Below are positions 62,605 to 64,000 of a stretch of DNA of 64,000 nucleotides, piece after piece. Each line of letters starts with the position of its first letter. Positions within the stretch are counted from its first letter, which is position 1. The notes under the pieces are model-generated. The model searched no databases and was not told the DNA's origin. It worked only from the letters and a program-made list of their open reading frames with translations. Location: NCBI RefSeq assembly GCF_018350175.1, contig NC_058368.1:55306001-55370000 (forward strand), given 5' to 3'. This DNA is from Felis catus (taxonomy: Eukaryota). The position numbers and the translations under genes were made by a program.

Positions 62605-63140
62605 CTGTGGCAGCTCTTGTCATGAGATGGCCTCTAATGAACTGCAAAACCTGGTATTCATCTTCTTTTATGGTCTCTTGCCATAGTGAAATTGATCTGG
62701 CTCCGAGACTTACTTTAACCTACAGAGAGAGCAGAGGTAACACAGTGCCAACTATGGGACTAAATCTTAAGAAGGCACAGCAGGCAGCTTTTGCACTTTG
62801 GGGAGCCTTGAGCTAACTAGTAAGAAGTCTTTCTTTGTTTTAGACACCTGTGGATAGAGTGTGTGGAGAAATCAAATGGAAACGAAGAGGCCCTGAGACT
62901 ACACAGAAAGAGATCTAGCCATTTCAACATCCCAGGTGATCCTAAATCTCTAGCCCTTTTGTCTTGGAGGCAGGCAAATATGTAGAATCATCTTGGACAT
63001 CCCAGTCACCATCTGATTACGACTACATAAAAGACCCAAAGCAAAAACAACAGAACTGCCCAACTGAGTACAGATAGTAATGTGTGATTGTTTTAAGTCA
63101 CTAAGGTATGTGGTGGACTCAGCAGCCAATAATCAACGCA
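62605..63140 (+). mobile_element. MLT1-type (MaLR) solo LTR
   Basis: tgtggcagc...ggccctgagactacac...agaactgcccaactgag...tgattgttttaagtcactaag...gcagccaataatcaac. Confidence 0.75.
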
Positions 63141-63199
63141 GTGATCCATGAATGTTGCCACAGCAAAAGAAGCCTGGTAACATAGAATTCTGGCTCATT

Positions 63200-64000
63200 A
63201 CATGCCTTATATCATTTTATTATTTAAACAACTGTACCACAGAGCTACTAATGATACTGAGTTATTATTAGAGATAAAGAAACTGAAGTTTATGGATTTT
63301 TTTGGTAACAGATATTAGACATGTTGAACCTACCTACATAGAACTCCAGTTACTGAAGACACAGTGAGCCCATTCACATATGCATAAAGCTGAAGAGATC
63401 ATATCACACTTCTGCTTTAAATTTCTGAGTTGTTTTACTTAATACTCAAAGTTAAATCCAAATCCTTACCTTGGTCTGCAAGACCCTGAATGATCTGCTT
63501 CTATGCAACCTCTCTACCTTCATTCCTAGTCTCTTCTCTATTCATCCCAGTTCCTATACCCATTTTCTGCCAATAGTTTCCTTATGGGCCCTAGAACAGT
63601 ACATTTCTGTCTTAGGCTTGTTCACTTTTGCTGTTTTCTCTACCAATAATAGCAACTAATTAAATTCCAGAGTACTTAGTATGTGCCAGTACAGGGTTTT
63701 AAGTTATTAATCCATTAATATTCAAAGAAACCCACAAGATATACTGCCTATTTGAAGAAACTGATACAGTTAAACTTATGAACCCTGCCAAGGTAAGGAA
63801 ATGAAAGGATCAAAATTTGACCACAGGCTCACCTGCCCCACAGTATCAACGTACCATGATAGAGCTGCCTAAAACACTCTTCCATTAGATATATGCTTGC
63901 CTTATTCCCCAACCTTCTTCAGGTCTTTGCTCAAATTTCATCTTGCCAGAGCACTGTTTTCCCTAATTTTACATAAAATAGAGTCCCTCCCATCTCTATA
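63200..64000. mobile_element. Interleaved MIR (minus) and L2 (plus) fragments
   Basis: agataaagaaactgaag and gaagaaactgatacagttaa (MIR core); aaatccaaatccttaccttggtctgcaagaccctgaatgatctg and ttcttcaggtctttgctcaaat (L2). Confidence 0.6.

Noticed and set aside
1..64000. A previously undescribed multi-gene system
   Set aside because: No intact non-TE coding sequence, CpG island or organised array is visible. The window is explained by known TE families, microsatellites and repair scars.

Overview
This is AT-rich mammalian genomic DNA, almost certainly from a cat or other feliform carnivore, judged by about 23 tRNA-derived CanSINEs (SINEC_Fc-like) and carnivore/felid L1 copies. I found no host protein-coding gene, rRNA, tRNA or CRISPR feature. 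The ORF track consists of L1 ORF2 fragments, SINE read-throughs, microsatellite artefacts and short ORFs with no recognisable product. The window looks like a gene desert or large intron filled with transposon fossils: young and old L1s, a decayed ERVL provirus with an MLT1 LTR nested in it, LTR33 and MLT1 solo LTRs, MER47/MER20/MER5 DNA transposons, L2 and MIR. Family names are recognised from memory of the consensus sequences, not from a search. The most notable observations are structural. (i) A young L1 carries an apparent 23-bp 3' transduction inside a perfect 16-bp TSD. (ii) Two L1s show twin-priming 5' inversions. (iii) A ~140-bp fold-back inverted duplication surrounds a TA/TG microsatellite, next to a 40-bp micro-inversion. 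(iv) A ~110-bp inverted duplication of non-repeat DNA spans ~1 kb, with a self-complementary microsatellite near its centre. (v) Several patchwork templated insertions resemble template-switching or polymerase-theta repair scars. I see no convincing evidence of a new biological system.
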